A stretch of DNA of 64,000 nt from positions 3,882 to 67,881 of the forward strand of contig JBAZJG010000005.1 in NCBI GenBank assembly GCA_041651455.1, read 5' to 3'. Shown here in pieces: positions 28,383 to 38,900 of this stretch. Source of the stretch: Candidatus Omnitrophota bacterium (GTDB lineage Bacteria > Omnitrophota > Gorgyraeia > Pluralincolimonadales > Pluralincolimonadaceae). Numbering within the stretch: the stretch's first letter is position 1; every line of letters begins with the position of its first letter. Position numbers and translations under genes: made by a program. Below the pieces are notes generated by a model. It worked only from the letters and a program-made list of their open reading frames with translations. It searched no databases and was not told the origin of the DNA.

Positions 28383-29630
28383 ATGGAAAGAAGAAGAGTC
28401 GTAGTTACCGGCCTTGGCGCCATCACCCCGGTAGGGAACAGCAAAGATGAACTCTGGGCTTCCCTCCTCGCGGGTAAAAGCGGCGCAGGCAGGATAACCC
28501 AATTCGATCCCACGGAATTCGACAGCCAGATAGCCTGCGAGGTCAAGGATTTTGACCCCTCCAAGTATATTGCGAACCAGAAGGACATAAGGAGGATGGA
28601 CAGGTTTGTCCAGTTCGCGGTCAGTTCGACGAAAATGGCTATCGATGATTCCGGGCTGGACATATCGAAAGAGGACCCCTACAGGATCGGCGTGCTTGTC
28701 GGTTCCGGCATAGGCGGCCTCAAGGTCATCCAGGACCAGACCCTCGTCTGGAAGGAGAAAGGCCCCGGAAGGCTCGCCCCTCTTCTGATCCCCATGCTTA
28801 TAGTCAATATGGCCCCCGGCCAGATATCCATACAGTTCGGGCTCAAAGGCCCGAACTCGTGCGTTGCGACGGCATGCGCGACGGGTAACCATTCGATAGG
28901 GGAAGCCCTGAGGCTTATCCAGCACGGGTATGCCGATGTAATGATCGCCGGAGGAACGGAGGCGGCGGTCGTACCTACGGGCGTTGGCGGTTTTTGCGCG
29001 CTGACCGCCCTTTCGAAGAGGAATAACGACCCGGAACACGCGAGCAGGCCGTTCGACAAGAACAGGGACGGTTTCGTCATCGGCGAGGGCTGCGGTATAG
29101 CGGTGCTCGAATCTCTAGAGCATGCGCAGAAGCGCGGCGCGAAGATATACGCCGAGGTCGCCGGATACGGGATGTCGGGCGATGCCTATCATATGACGGC
29201 CCCTGACCCGAACGGCGAAGGCGCGGCGATGTGCATGAAACTCGCGCTTAAGGACGGCGGGTTGGATCTTGGGGACGTCTCCTACATAAATGCCCACGGG
29301 ACTTCCACGGAACTTAACGACAAGATAGAGACGCTCGCGATAAAGAAGGTCTTCGGCGAACTGGCATACAAGATACCGGTCAGCTCGACGAAATCAATGA
29401 CGGGCCACTGCCTCGGCGCGGCCGGCGGCGTGGAATTCGCCGCCTGCGTCATGGCGATAAAGGAGGATATCGTGCCTCCGACCATAAATTACGAGACGCC
29501 CGACCCGGCCTGCGATCTCGATTATGTACCGAATAAGGCAAGGAAGGTCAAGGTCAACGTCGCGATATCCAACGCCTTCGGCTTTGGCGGGCACAATGCG
29601 TGCGTCGCCGTCAAGAAATTCCTGCCTTAA
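28383..29630 (+). CDS. fabF: Beta-ketoacyl-ACP synthase II
   Basis: [18 protein letters not shown] is the N-terminus. The active-site contexts are VATACATG (Cys), NAHGTST and GHCLGAAG (His). Confidence 0.9.
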   Translation: MERRRVVVTGLGAITPVGNSKDELWASLLAGKSGAGRITQFDPTEFDSQIACEVKDFDPSKYIANQKDIRRMDRFVQFAVSSTKMAIDDSGLDISKEDPYRIGVLVGSGIGGLKVIQDQTLVWKEKGPGRLAPLLIPMLIVNMAPGQISIQFGLKGPNSCVATACATGNHSIGEALRLIQHGYADVMIAGGTEAAVVPTGVGGFCALTALSKRNNDPEHASRPFDKNRDGFVIGEGCGIAVLESLEHAQKRGAKIYAEVAGYGMSGDAYHMTAPDPNGEGAAMCMKLALKDGGLDLGDVSYINAHGTSTELNDKIETLAIKKVFGELAYKIPVSSTKSMTGHCLGAAGGVEFAACVMAIKEDIVPPTINYETPDPACDLDYVPNKARKVKVNVAISNAFGFGGHNACVAVKKFLP

Positions 29631-29648
29631 CAATTATGGAGTAAAAAA

Positions 29649-30803
29649 ATGGATTACCTTTTAACCGAACAGCAGATAATGGTGCGCGATCTCGCGCGCA
29701 AGATCGCGAAAGAGAAGATAGCTCCGGTAGCGGCCGAGCATGACGAGAAAGAGACGTTCCCGTGGGAGATAATGAAGGTCATGGCCGAATCCGACCTCTG
29801 CGGCGTATATATAGAGGAGAAGTACGGCGGCCTCGGCGGCGGCGCGATGGAACTCTGCCTCGTGACCGAGGAGCTCTCCCGCGCGTGCGGCGGCATAGCT
29901 ATATGCTTCGCGGCGACTGCGCTCGGCACTTACCCTATAATACTGTTCGGCAATGACGCGCAGAAGCAGAAATACCTGCCGGAGATTGCGAGCGGCAGGA
30001 AGCTCGCGGCTTTTGCCCTGACCGAAGCGGGGGCGGGCTCGGACGCCGGCGCCATCGCCACGACAGCAAGGAAAGAGGGCGACTATTACGTGCTGAACGG
30101 CGTGAAGCAGTGGATAACCAACGGCGGGGAAGCGGAGATATATACGGTCATCGCGATGACCGACAGGGATAAGGGCGCTCGCGGGGCAAGCTTCTTTATA
30201 GTCGAGAAGGGGACTCCCGGTTTTGATTTCGGCAAGAAAGAGAAGAAACTCGGGATCCGCGCCTCGGCGACGCGCGAGCTCATATTCAACGAATGCAAGG
30301 TCCATAAGGATAACCTGCTCGGCCGCGAAGGCATGGGTTTTATAGTCGCCATGAAGACCTTCGACAAGTCGCGCCCGGGTGTCGCGGCGCAGGCCGTGGG
30401 CATTGCGCAGGGCGCATTGGACCACGCGGTCAAGTATTCGCGCGAACGCAAACAGTTCGGCAAGACGATATCGTCGTTCCAGGGCCTCCAGTTCATGCTC
30501 GCGGACATGGCCACGCAGGTAGAGGCGGCGCGCGCGTTGACTTACGCCACCGCGAGGATGGTCGATTCCGGCGCAAGGGATGTCTCGAAGGAATCGGCAA
30601 TGGTGAAATTGTTCGCGTCCGATACGGCGATGAAGGTCACGACCGACGCGATACAGGTCCTCGGCGGTTACGGTTACATGCGCGATTACCCGGTAGAGAA
30701 GTATATGCGCGACGCGAAGATAACCCAGATATACGAAGGCACGAACCAGATACAGCGCAACATAATAGCGCTTGAAGTGCTGAAAGAGCAGCTGAAGAAA
30801 TGA
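29649..30803 (+). CDS. Acyl-CoA dehydrogenase (short-chain/butyryl-CoA dehydrogenase-like)
   Basis: [19 protein letters not shown] and the catalytic-base region ..[17 protein letters not shown] are present. The gene is followed by ATGA-coupled etfB. Confidence 0.85.
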   Translation: MDYLLTEQQIMVRDLARKIAKEKIAPVAAEHDEKETFPWEIMKVMAESDLCGVYIEEKYGGLGGGAMELCLVTEELSRACGGIAICFAATALGTYPIILFGNDAQKQKYLPEIASGRKLAAFALTEAGAGSDAGAIATTARKEGDYYVLNGVKQWITNGGEAEIYTVIAMTDRDKGARGASFFIVEKGTPGFDFGKKEKKLGIRASATRELIFNECKVHKDNLLGREGMGFIVAMKTFDKSRPGVAAQAVGIAQGALDHAVKYSRERKQFGKTISSFQGLQFMLADMATQVEAARALTYATARMVDSGARDVSKESAMVKLFASDTAMKVTTDAIQVLGGYGYMRDYPVEKYMRDAKITQIYEGTNQIQRNIIALEVLKEQLKK

Positions 30804-31606
30804 ACATAATCGTCTGCATAAAACAGGTCCCCGATACGCAGGACATCAGGATAAACCCCGAGACGAACACGCTGATGCGCGAGGGCGTCCAGTCGATAGT
30901 CAACCCGTTCGACATGTACGCGATAGAAGAGGCGCTCAGGATAAAGGAAAAGGCCGGCGCCGCCACGACGAAGGTAACGGTGCTTTCGATGGGCCCGCAG
31001 CAGGCCGAGGAGGCGCTGCGCGAGGCGGTATCGATGGGCGTAGACGAGATGGTGCTGATGTGCGACCGCGCGTTCGCGGGTTCCGACACCTGGGCGACGA
31101 GCTATACCCTTGCCAAGGGCATACAGAAGCTCGGGAAGTTCGACCTTATAATATGCGGCAAACAGGCGATAGACGGCGATACGGCCCAGGTTGGCCCCGG
31201 CATCGCCGCCACGCTTGACATCCCGCAGGTGACTTATGTCAAGAAGACCGAAGAGATCAAGGAAGGTTCCGCGCGTTTCGAGAGGATGACCGAGGAGGGT
31301 TACGAGGTCATAGAGACGCCGCTGCCCTGCCTGATAACGGTCGTAAAAGAGATAAATATCCCGCGCCTCCCGTCCCTGAAAGGGAAGATAAAAGCGAAAC
31401 AGTCGAAGGCAGCGGTCATATGCGCGAAGGACATAGACGCGGACCCGGATAGGCTCGGCCTTAAGGGATCGCCTACCGTGGTCAACAAGATATTTTCCCC
31501 GCCGAAGAGGACGGGCGGCCAGATGCTCCAGGGGGAGGTCCCGGAGATAGTCGGCAAGCTGGCGGATTCCATCAAGGATGTAGTCATATCAGTGAGCAAG
31601 ACATAA
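30800..31606 (+). CDS. etfB: Electron transfer flavoprotein subunit beta
   Basis: [12 protein letters not shown].. is the N-terminus, with ..[18 protein letters not shown].. The length and context are typical of EtfB. Confidence 0.9.
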   Translation: MNIIVCIKQVPDTQDIRINPETNTLMREGVQSIVNPFDMYAIEEALRIKEKAGAATTKVTVLSMGPQQAEEALREAVSMGVDEMVLMCDRAFAGSDTWATSYTLAKGIQKLGKFDLIICGKQAIDGDTAQVGPGIAATLDIPQVTYVKKTEEIKEGSARFERMTEEGYEVIETPLPCLITVVKEINIPRLPSLKGKIKAKQSKAAVICAKDIDADPDRLGLKGSPTVVNKIFSPPKRTGGQMLQGEVPEIVGKLADSIKDVVISVSKT

Positions 31607-31607
31607 A

Positions 31608-32852
31608 ATGGCTGATAATAATTCAAGGGAATGTTCGATACAGATACTCGCGGATAAATGCACGGGCTGCACGCTCTGCGTGAAGGCGTGCCCGTTCGGC
31701 GCGATATCTATGAAGGATGACGCGCAGGCCAAGAAGGGCAAGCTCGCAGTAATAGATTTCGTTAAATGCACGCTCTGCGGCGCGTGCGTCGAGGCATGCA
31801 AGTTCAACGCGATCGAGAAGACCGTATGCAAAGTCCAGCCGAAGGTGCGGCTCGACGACTATAAGGGCGTATGGGTCTTTGCCGAACAGAAAAAAGGCAA
31901 AGTCCAGAGCGTAGCGTTCGAGCTCCTCGGGAAGGGCAGGGAACTAGCTAACGACCTCGGTGTGGAGCTTGCGGCGGTACTGGTCGGCGATAACGTAGCC
32001 AGCCAGGCGGACGAGCTTTTCTCCCGCGGCGCGGACAAGGTCTACCTTGTCGAAAGCCCGAAGCTCAAGGATTACCAGGACGAGCCCTACACGAACATAA
32101 TTGTAGAGCTCGTGAAGGAGTTCAAGCCCGAGATACTGTTGTACGGGGCTACATCGATAGGAAGGTCCCTCGCGTCGCGCATCGCCGTGAAGATATACAC
32201 GGGCCTCACGGCCGACTGCACAGGCCTCGCGATAGACAAACAGAAGAGATTATTATTGCAGACCCGTCCGGCGTTCGGAGGCAATATAATGGCCACGATC
32301 CTCTGCGAGAACTACCGGCCGCAGATGGCAACGGTGCGCCACAAGGTCTTTAAGGAAGCCGCCGTGGACAAGGCGAAAAAAGGCCAGGTTATCAAGAAGG
32401 ATTACCCGGGCAACATTTACGACTCACGCACGAAGATAACGAACGTCGTGGAAGAGCTGTCGGCCACGGTCAACCTTACCGAGGCGGACATAATCGTCTC
32501 CGGAGGCAGGGGGCTCGGAAAGGCCGAAAACTTCAAGGTAATAGAGGAACTCGCGAAAGTGCTCGGGGGCGCCGTGGGCGCCTCGCGTTCGGCGGTAGAC
32601 GCCGAGTGGATACCTTACTCGCACCAGGTGGGCCAAACGGGCAAGACCGTTTGTCCCAAGATATACATAGCGTGCGGCATCTCGGGGCAGATACAGCATC
32701 TTGCCGGGATGTCTTCCTCGGAGATCATAATCGCGGTCAATAAAGACCCCCAGGCGCCTATATTCTCCGTGGCGACCTACGGGATCGTCGGGGACCTGTT
32801 TGAGGTAGTCCCCGCGCTGACGCAGAAGTTCAAGGAGATCCTTAAAAAGTAG
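31608..32852 (+). CDS. etfA: Electron transfer flavoprotein subunit alpha with an N-terminal 2x[4Fe-4S] ferredoxin domain
   Basis: Two cluster motifs, CTGCTLCVKACP and CTLCGACVEACK, precede a normal EtfA body (..SGGRGLG.., ..YIACGISGQIQHLAGM..). Confidence 0.85.
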   Translation: MADNNSRECSIQILADKCTGCTLCVKACPFGAISMKDDAQAKKGKLAVIDFVKCTLCGACVEACKFNAIEKTVCKVQPKVRLDDYKGVWVFAEQKKGKVQSVAFELLGKGRELANDLGVELAAVLVGDNVASQADELFSRGADKVYLVESPKLKDYQDEPYTNIIVELVKEFKPEILLYGATSIGRSLASRIAVKIYTGLTADCTGLAIDKQKRLLLQTRPAFGGNIMATILCENYRPQMATVRHKVFKEAAVDKAKKGQVIKKDYPGNIYDSRTKITNVVEELSATVNLTEADIIVSGGRGLGKAENFKVIEELAKVLGGAVGASRSAVDAEWIPYSHQVGQTGKTVCPKIYIACGISGQIQHLAGMSSSEIIIAVNKDPQAPIFSVATYGIVGDLFEVVPALTQKFKEILKK

Positions 32853-32876
32853 CTTCTCTTTAACAGGGGGATCCAA

Positions 32877-34454
32877 TTGGCAGAAGTCCCGCTTAGCAGC
32901 ACAAGAGAGAAGATCCCTTTTACCTCAAGCATAAACTTCAGGTTCATCCTCATATTCATCCTGCTCGTCACCGTTACGACATTCCTCAGCGGCATCATAC
33001 TGATATACCAGGGCCAGAGGTCGCTCGAGGACGCGGTCCTCAAGAGGAACCTGACCGCGTGCGAGAATGTCCGCAGCAAGATAGAAAATTTTATACAGGG
33101 GGCCAAATCCTCCGTTGAACTGATGACCCTGATGCCCGGGATAAAAGACCTCGACCTTTTCCAGATAGACAAGATGATGTACGAGGTCATATCGGAGCAT
33201 GAGCGCCTGGACCCCGTGGCGGTCCTCAACGACCAGGGCATAATGATATCCTCGCGCAATCCCGCAGACCAGAACAAGGACATGTCCGGCAGCGATCTTT
33301 TCCTGAAGACCAAGAGCAAGAGCTACATATCGGACATATATTTTTCCTCCGACGGACAGCCGCTGATAACCATAGCGGCGCCGATATTCGATTACGACAG
33401 CTTCGGCAGGAGGATAGGCGTGCTTGTGACTGCCGTCAAACTTCGCAGCCTCTGGCCGACCCTCGACGGGACCAAGGTCGGGGAGAAGGGCATGATAGTG
33501 GTGACGGACAGGAAGGGCGAACTGGTCTACAGGTCCGGAGAAGTGAAGACGGGCAACGTCGGCAATGACAGGACCGTAAAGCTCGCGCTTGAAGGCAGGA
33601 CGGGCAGCGTAAATTACGGGAACATGCTAAGCTCATACATGCCGCTTACCGGGATGGTTACCGGGTCCGTGGTCGTTAAGCAGCCGGCAAGGGAGGCCCT
33701 TTACGGCGTGGCGAAGATGAGGAGCCAATCGATGATCCTGCTGGTCCTGAGCATAATGGTTGCCATCGCGATAGGCCTCGTGTTGTCGAACAGCATGCTC
33801 ATCTCGGTCAGGAAACTTCTTGTAGGTACGAAGATAGTCGCCGAGGGCGACCTCGGATATAAGATAGACATAAAGACGGATGACGAGATCGGCGAGCTCG
33901 CGAGGTCGTTCAACGCGATGACGGTCGAGCTCAAAAAGCAAAGGGAGCGGGCGATAACCGACGAGCTTACGCATCTCTATACGCATTCGTATTTCCTTGA
34001 GACGCTTAAGGCGGAGGTCTACAGGTCGAAGAGGTACAGGGTCCGCCTGTCGCTGATGATGCTCGACATCGACCATTTTAAGTCGTTCAACGACAACTAC
34101 GGGCACCAGGTCGGCGATGAGGTGCTTATCAAGATATCCGATATGCTGAAGTCGAGCCTCAGGGAATCCGATGTCGCGTCAAGGTACGGCGGCGAGGAGC
34201 TCGTCGTGCTCGCGGCCGAGACCGACAAGGAGGGAATATACATACTTGCCGAAAGGGTGCGCAAGAAGATCGCCGAGGACGTGATCGTCGAGTATGAGGA
34301 CAAGAAGCTAAGGGTCACCGTAAGTATAGGCGTCACGACACTTACCGAGGACGACATAAAGAGGGACATATTCCCGGATGACTTCCTGAAGCGGGTCGAT
34401 ATGGCGCTCTATAAGGCAAAGGACAAAGGAAGAAATTGCGTCGTACAATTATAG
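32877..34454 (+). CDS. Membrane diguanylate cyclase (TM, Cache-like periplasmic sensor, TM, HAMP, GGDEF)
   Basis: Two TM segments flank a roughly 250-aa extracytoplasmic region. The HAMP motif is DEIGELARSFNAM. The GGDEF domain carries an I-site plus A-site, RESDVASRYGGEELVVL. The start is TTG after AGGGGGA. Confidence 0.85.
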   Translation: MAEVPLSSTREKIPFTSSINFRFILIFILLVTVTTFLSGIILIYQGQRSLEDAVLKRNLTACENVRSKIENFIQGAKSSVELMTLMPGIKDLDLFQIDKMMYEVISEHERLDPVAVLNDQGIMISSRNPADQNKDMSGSDLFLKTKSKSYISDIYFSSDGQPLITIAAPIFDYDSFGRRIGVLVTAVKLRSLWPTLDGTKVGEKGMIVVTDRKGELVYRSGEVKTGNVGNDRTVKLALEGRTGSVNYGNMLSSYMPLTGMVTGSVVVKQPAREALYGVAKMRSQSMILLVLSIMVAIAIGLVLSNSMLISVRKLLVGTKIVAEGDLGYKIDIKTDDEIGELARSFNAMTVELKKQRERAITDELTHLYTHSYFLETLKAEVYRSKRYRVRLSLMMLDIDHFKSFNDNYGHQVGDEVLIKISDMLKSSLRESDVASRYGGEELVVLAAETDKEGIYILAERVRKKIAEDVIVEYEDKKLRVTVSIGVTTLTEDDIKRDIFPDDFLKRVDMALYKAKDKGRNCVVQL

Positions 34455-35668
34455 CGTTAGCCGCATTCGTCGCCGTTGCGGCGTTCCTGCCCGCGGAAGT
34501 CCTGGTCCGCGAAAGGGTCCTCAAGAAACCCGAGACGATCCAGAACATCGGCTTCACAAAAGGCACTACGGTGTATTTCGACGAATCCGGCAGGCTGCAA
34601 TTCGCGAGCCTCGGCGCCGACCAGCAGGTCGGGGGCATCAGGTTCGCTAAACGAACGTCCGTTTATTTCGACGGCTCCGGAAGGATCGATTATGTATACC
34701 TCGCCGCCGACCAGCAGGTGCTCGGGGTGGACGTAAGAAAGGGGACCTCGGTATATTTTACCAAGAACGGGAAGCTTGACTACATCATGGTCGCCGGTGA
34801 CGAAGAGATCGGCGGCCTTCTCTGTGCGAATGGCTCAAAGGCGGGTTTCTATGAGTCGGGAAAACTCCGGTATGCCACGCTCGGCAAGGACCAGCAGGTG
34901 CAGGGGATACCGTGCGCTAAGGGCTCAATAGCGGGTTTTTATGAATCGGGGAAACTGCGGCACGGGATATTATCAGATGACTCATGCGTGCAGGGCATAA
35001 TGTTCGCGAAAGGCACCTACCTTCTTTTTTATGAGACGGGCGGCATAAAGAGCGCATACCTCGTTGCGCCTACCGAAATAATGGGCATTACCTGCGCGAA
35101 CGGTCCGAGCGCGAGTTTTTATGAGAACGGTAAACTTGACTGGGCTGTCCTTGCGAACGTAAGCGAGGTCCAGGGGATATCATGCGCGAAGGGTTCGACG
35201 ATCGGGTTTTATAATACCGGAAAGCTCCAGTACGCTACGCTGTCTTACGAACAGGAAATCGACGGCATCGCATGCGCAAAAGGCGCGAAGGCCGGTTTTT
35301 ACCAGTCGGGTAAACTCCAGTTCACGACTCTTGCGGCAGACCAGCAGGTCTTCGGCATTCCTTGCGCAAAGGGCACGGTCGCCGGCCTGTATGAGAACGG
35401 CAAGCTGCAGTATGCGACCCTCAGCTCCGACAGGGAGATAAACAGCATACCCTGCGCGAAGGGAACGAAAGTTGATTTTTATGAGTCCGGAAGCCTGCAG
35501 AATGCTACGCTGTCCAAAGACCACAGGATAGGCAATATCGACTGTCCTAAAGGAGCAGTTGTCGGTATACGCGAATCCGGCACGCTTAAATACCTGATAT
35601 CCGAAGGGTCTAAGGCGAGTTTCGACGAGAACGGAAACCAGAGAGATATCGAAAAGACTGCAGATTGA
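34436..35668 (+). CDS. Exported tandem-repeat protein (12 x about 30 aa, MORN/YwqK-like beta-hairpin repeats)
   Basis: The TTG start lies 19 nt inside the cyclase gene, after an AAGGAAG RBS. The signal peptide is MRRTIIALAAFVAVAAFLPA. The repeat unit is G-I-x-C-A-K-G-x4-F-Y-E-S-G-K-L-x-Y-A-T-L-x3-Q-x-V. Confidence 0.75.
   Translation: MRRTIIALAAFVAVAAFLPAEVLVRERVLKKPETIQNIGFTKGTTVYFDESGRLQFASLGADQQVGGIRFAKRTSVYFDGSGRIDYVYLAADQQVLGVDVRKGTSVYFTKNGKLDYIMVAGDEEIGGLLCANGSKAGFYESGKLRYATLGKDQQVQGIPCAKGSIAGFYESGKLRHGILSDDSCVQGIMFAKGTYLLFYETGGIKSAYLVAPTEIMGITCANGPSASFYENGKLDWAVLANVSEVQGISCAKGSTIGFYNTGKLQYATLSYEQEIDGIACAKGAKAGFYQSGKLQFTTLAADQQVFGIPCAKGTVAGLYENGKLQYATLSSDREINSIPCAKGTKVDFYESGSLQNATLSKDHRIGNIDCPKGAVVGIRESGTLKYLISEGSKASFDENGNQRDIEKTAD
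34550..35629 (+). repeat. 12 diverged in-frame 90-nt tandem repeats within the CDS
   Basis: The protein-level period is 30 aa, for example GIPCAKGSIAGFYESGKLRHGILSDDSCVQ / GISCAKGSTIGFYNTGKLQYATLSYEQEID / GIPCAKGTVAGLYENGKLQYATLSSDREIN. The nucleotide copies are clearly diverged. Confidence 0.8.
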
Positions 35669-35705
35669 GTTCCCGCCTATTTTTTAGTTTTTCCTTAAAA
35701 AATCC

Positions 35706-35734
35706 TTGACGACCTTCCGTACGCGTAATACAAT
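35706..35734 (+). promoter_or_regulatory. Sigma70-type promoter of the HTH / triple-TolC / GT48-like operon
   Basis: TTGACG (35706-35711), a 17-nt spacer, then TACAAT (35729-35734). A GGAGGAAGGAG RBS (35749-35759) precedes ATG 35767. Confidence 0.6.
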
Positions 35735-35766
35735 TATATACGAAATATGGAGGAAGGAGAGTCTAT

Positions 35767-35961
35767 ATGGACATAGGCGCGAAATACATAACTATGGAAG
35801 AGGTCGTGAATTACTTAAGCCTTAGCGAGGGCAGTATCCGTAAACTTATACGGGAACAGAGTTTCCCGCACGTAAAGGTGCTCAGGAAATATCTGTTCAA
35901 TAAGCAGGATGTCGACGCGTGGCTTAAGATGCATTCACAGGGCCTAAGGGCAAATAAGTAG
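35767..35961 (+). CDS. Small helix-turn-helix DNA-binding protein (excisionase/MerR-superfamily HTH_17 type)
   Basis: The 64-aa product ..ITMEEVVNYLSLSEGSIRKLIREQSFPHVKVLRKYLFNKQDVDAWL.. matches the 'helix-turn-helix, excisionase family' pattern. It is the first gene of the operon. Confidence 0.7.
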   Translation: MDIGAKYITMEEVVNYLSLSEGSIRKLIREQSFPHVKVLRKYLFNKQDVDAWLKMHSQGLRANK

Positions 35962-35985
35962 CATTACCTAACTATTAAAGGGGTC

Positions 35986-38900
35986 ATGCTAAGCCAAAAT
36001 TGTAAGAAATATATTATATCATTATCCATCGCGCTCGCGATGTCGTTTCCGTCGATGTCGTGCCCCGGGGAATTAGATTACAATAAGCTTTCGCTTGAAG
36101 CCGCGCTGAACAGGATGTATGAAGTAGACCCCGAAATACAGATAAGCAGACTCGCATGCGATGCGTCCCTCCTCGAGATAAAAGCAAGGAAACTCGATAC
36201 ATTCATGCCGAAGCTCAGCGTCGGCGTCAGTATAGTCAAGCCGGTCGATATCTTCACGAAACTTGACCAGCAAAAAGAGATGTTCTTTGAACAGCAGGTT
36301 ATCATAGAATTCGCCGTGACCTCAAACAGCTTCAACCATATCCTTAAGGACAGGAAAGGGTACGAAGCTAGCATGCTCGAATTGAAGCAGGCGGTTTCCG
36401 AAAGGAGCCGTGAGCTCATCACCGTATATTACGCCGTCGCAAGGGCCCAGGAGAATTACAGGTCCAGCTGCGATAACATCGAGACAGTCGAGAAGGTCCT
36501 GAAGATGGTCGAAAACAGCAATGAATATACGGACGTCGAAAAACTCGAGATAAGGAACTATCTTGCCGTGGTCACGGAAGAGAAGTTAGGCGCGCTGAAT
36601 ACGCTCATCAATACGAGAAGAGACCTCCGCGGGCTTCTCGGTCTGGAGAACAGGGAAGATATCGATATAACCGTCGAGGAACTGCCTGATAATATCAACA
36701 ATGACATCGCCTTCTATGAAAACCCGTTGATAAGGCCGGCGGATTACACCCTCGACATATATAAGAAAAGGGGTGAGGCTGCGGACGTGGCCTCCCGGAT
36801 CAGCGCGTCTCCCTTATTGAAATTTTCTTCCGCGACGATCCTCGGCATCGCCGAGGGCAGGTTCACGAAACTCCAGAAGAAAGTGATAACTGATACGGGA
36901 GTGGAGTTGCATATAACCGACTTTGGCTATACCGGAGGCCTCAATGATGTAAGCAAGATTAATTCGCAGATAGCGAGGTTGGAGGTATTGAAAGCAGAAG
37001 AGGACCTTGAGTATTCGGATTTAATAGCGAACGGCAAACTGGCCGAACTAAGCGGCCTAATAGATAATTACAGGGAATACATAACGAAGACGGAAGACAT
37101 GTTGAGGATGTTCAGGGAACGCCTCTCCTTGCCGGTCATCGAGATAATAAGGATGAACGATAATCTCTATAAGGCCAAGTATGCGATGCAACAGGCGCTC
37201 GTCGATTATACGGTCATGCTCTCGAACCTTAAAGGTGTCGAGCTGAAACCCGAACAGACCAGCCCTCAATACCAGGATATGAGCTTGGAAGACCTGCTTG
37301 CGAGGGGCGAGAGGAGTGACATCCTGACCGTCAAACAGATATCCGAGAAGAAGATGAGGATGGAAAACGTCAGGATCAACGCGACAAAGGCCGGATATTT
37401 CCCGAAGATCACCGGTGCGGCCATACTTGAGAACGCGAACATAGACGGCGTGCCGTCGCAGGCTACGAGGGCTTACGTTGCGCTTGAAGGGCAGCTCTTT
37501 AACTTCAAGAACGGGCAGGCCATCAGGGCAGCGAAGGCCAGCATGGAAGAAATCAGGTACGAGGGCGCCGCGCTGCAGAACGTGGTCGCGGATGAGATAA
37601 TAAAGAACTACCTGTTCATATTAAGGAGCAAGAATACCTTAAAATGGCTGAACGAGATCAAGGGGATAAAAGACGACATAATACGCGATATGCTGGAAAA
37701 TATGGAAGGCAAGGGCCCCAAATATAGTAATTCGGATATACTGCCGCTGGTCCTGCAGCAGATGGAGCTGGACAGGATGATGGCGGATGCCGAGTTCTCG
37801 CTGGCGGTCGTCGAGTATAGCCTCAAGAAATGGACCGGCATACCGCTCAACGAGACGATAAGCGTAAAGGAGCTCCCGGCGTTCGGGGAGGACGAAGGGC
37901 TCTCAGGGTTCATGGCGCTGATCCGGTCCAAGGTGGCGCCGTATTTCGACGGTAAGGCGCCGGTAAAACAAGCCCTGAGCGCCGTCGAAAAGAACAGGGC
38001 GGAAGAGGCGCGGGCCGTCGCGTATGATGGGGCGCTGCTCCAGGTAAAATGCGAGACGAAGGGCATGGAATATAAGGGATGGCATGATCCCGACAGGCAG
38101 GTGTCTTTCAGCGTCTCCGTGCCGTGGGGCGACCGCAGGGAAAAGATAGCCAGGTCTGAGGCGGCGAGGACCCGCATCAAGTCGGAGATCGAGTATTTGA
38201 AGAGCATGGATGCTTATGAAAAAGAGAGGTTATCCGTCAAGACCTCCTACGATTCATCGAAAGCGCTCCTTGAAGACCTGCGCAGCAAGAAGGAGAATAT
38301 GGAATCGCAGTACAGGATAACCGAGGAACTTTACCGGTTCGGCGGCCGGACAAAGAAGCAGATGGTTGATTCCAAGCTGGATTTCATAGTAGCGCAGATG
38401 AGCTATGAGGAAGCCGTCCTTGACAACTATTACCACAATGCGAGGGAGCTGCTGGTAGTGGAGAAAGATGCGGAACCCGAAGGCAGCGAAAGGATATTGC
38501 TGGCCGGATTGCAGGAAGCGATAGACCTTGCCATGCAGAACAGCCGCGAAATAAGGAAATACGAGGAGAGCCTCAAGCTCGAGAAGGAAACATTGGATTA
38601 TTACAAGACGGTGAGGATAAAGGGCGATATCGGAGGGGATTCCTATATAATAGATAACAAGGGCTGGAATGAGACAAAGAGGGTCAAGACCGCGGGGATC
38701 GTCGCGACCGCCGACATTGACCTCGTGAACAAATATATGGTGAAAGTCCAGCAGCGCAGGATCGAGCTTGCCGAAAAGGACCTCGAGCAGGCGAAGTTCG
38801 ACCTGACCCTGAAGGTCGCGGATGCCTACTCGGGCTACCTCGGTTCGCTCGCGGAGACCTCGGAAGTCCGCAAGGAATACGAGAGGCAGAAGACGGTCCT

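Noticed and set aside
34550-35629. The 90-nt periodic repeats considered as an assembly artefact or collapsed tandem array.
   Set aside because: The copies are substantially diverged at the nucleotide level and remain in frame with a coherent protein repeat. This argues for a genuine repeat protein.
35767-35961. An excisionase-type HTH gene considered as a marker of a prophage or integrative element, with the 35.7-50.4 kb block as a genomic island.
   Set aside because: No integrase, recombinase, transposase, att-like direct repeats or phage genes are present in the window. The gene has its own promoter and heads the operon, so a role as a small transcriptional regulator is more parsimonious. 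Horizontal origin of the block is still possible but is not demonstrable by eye.
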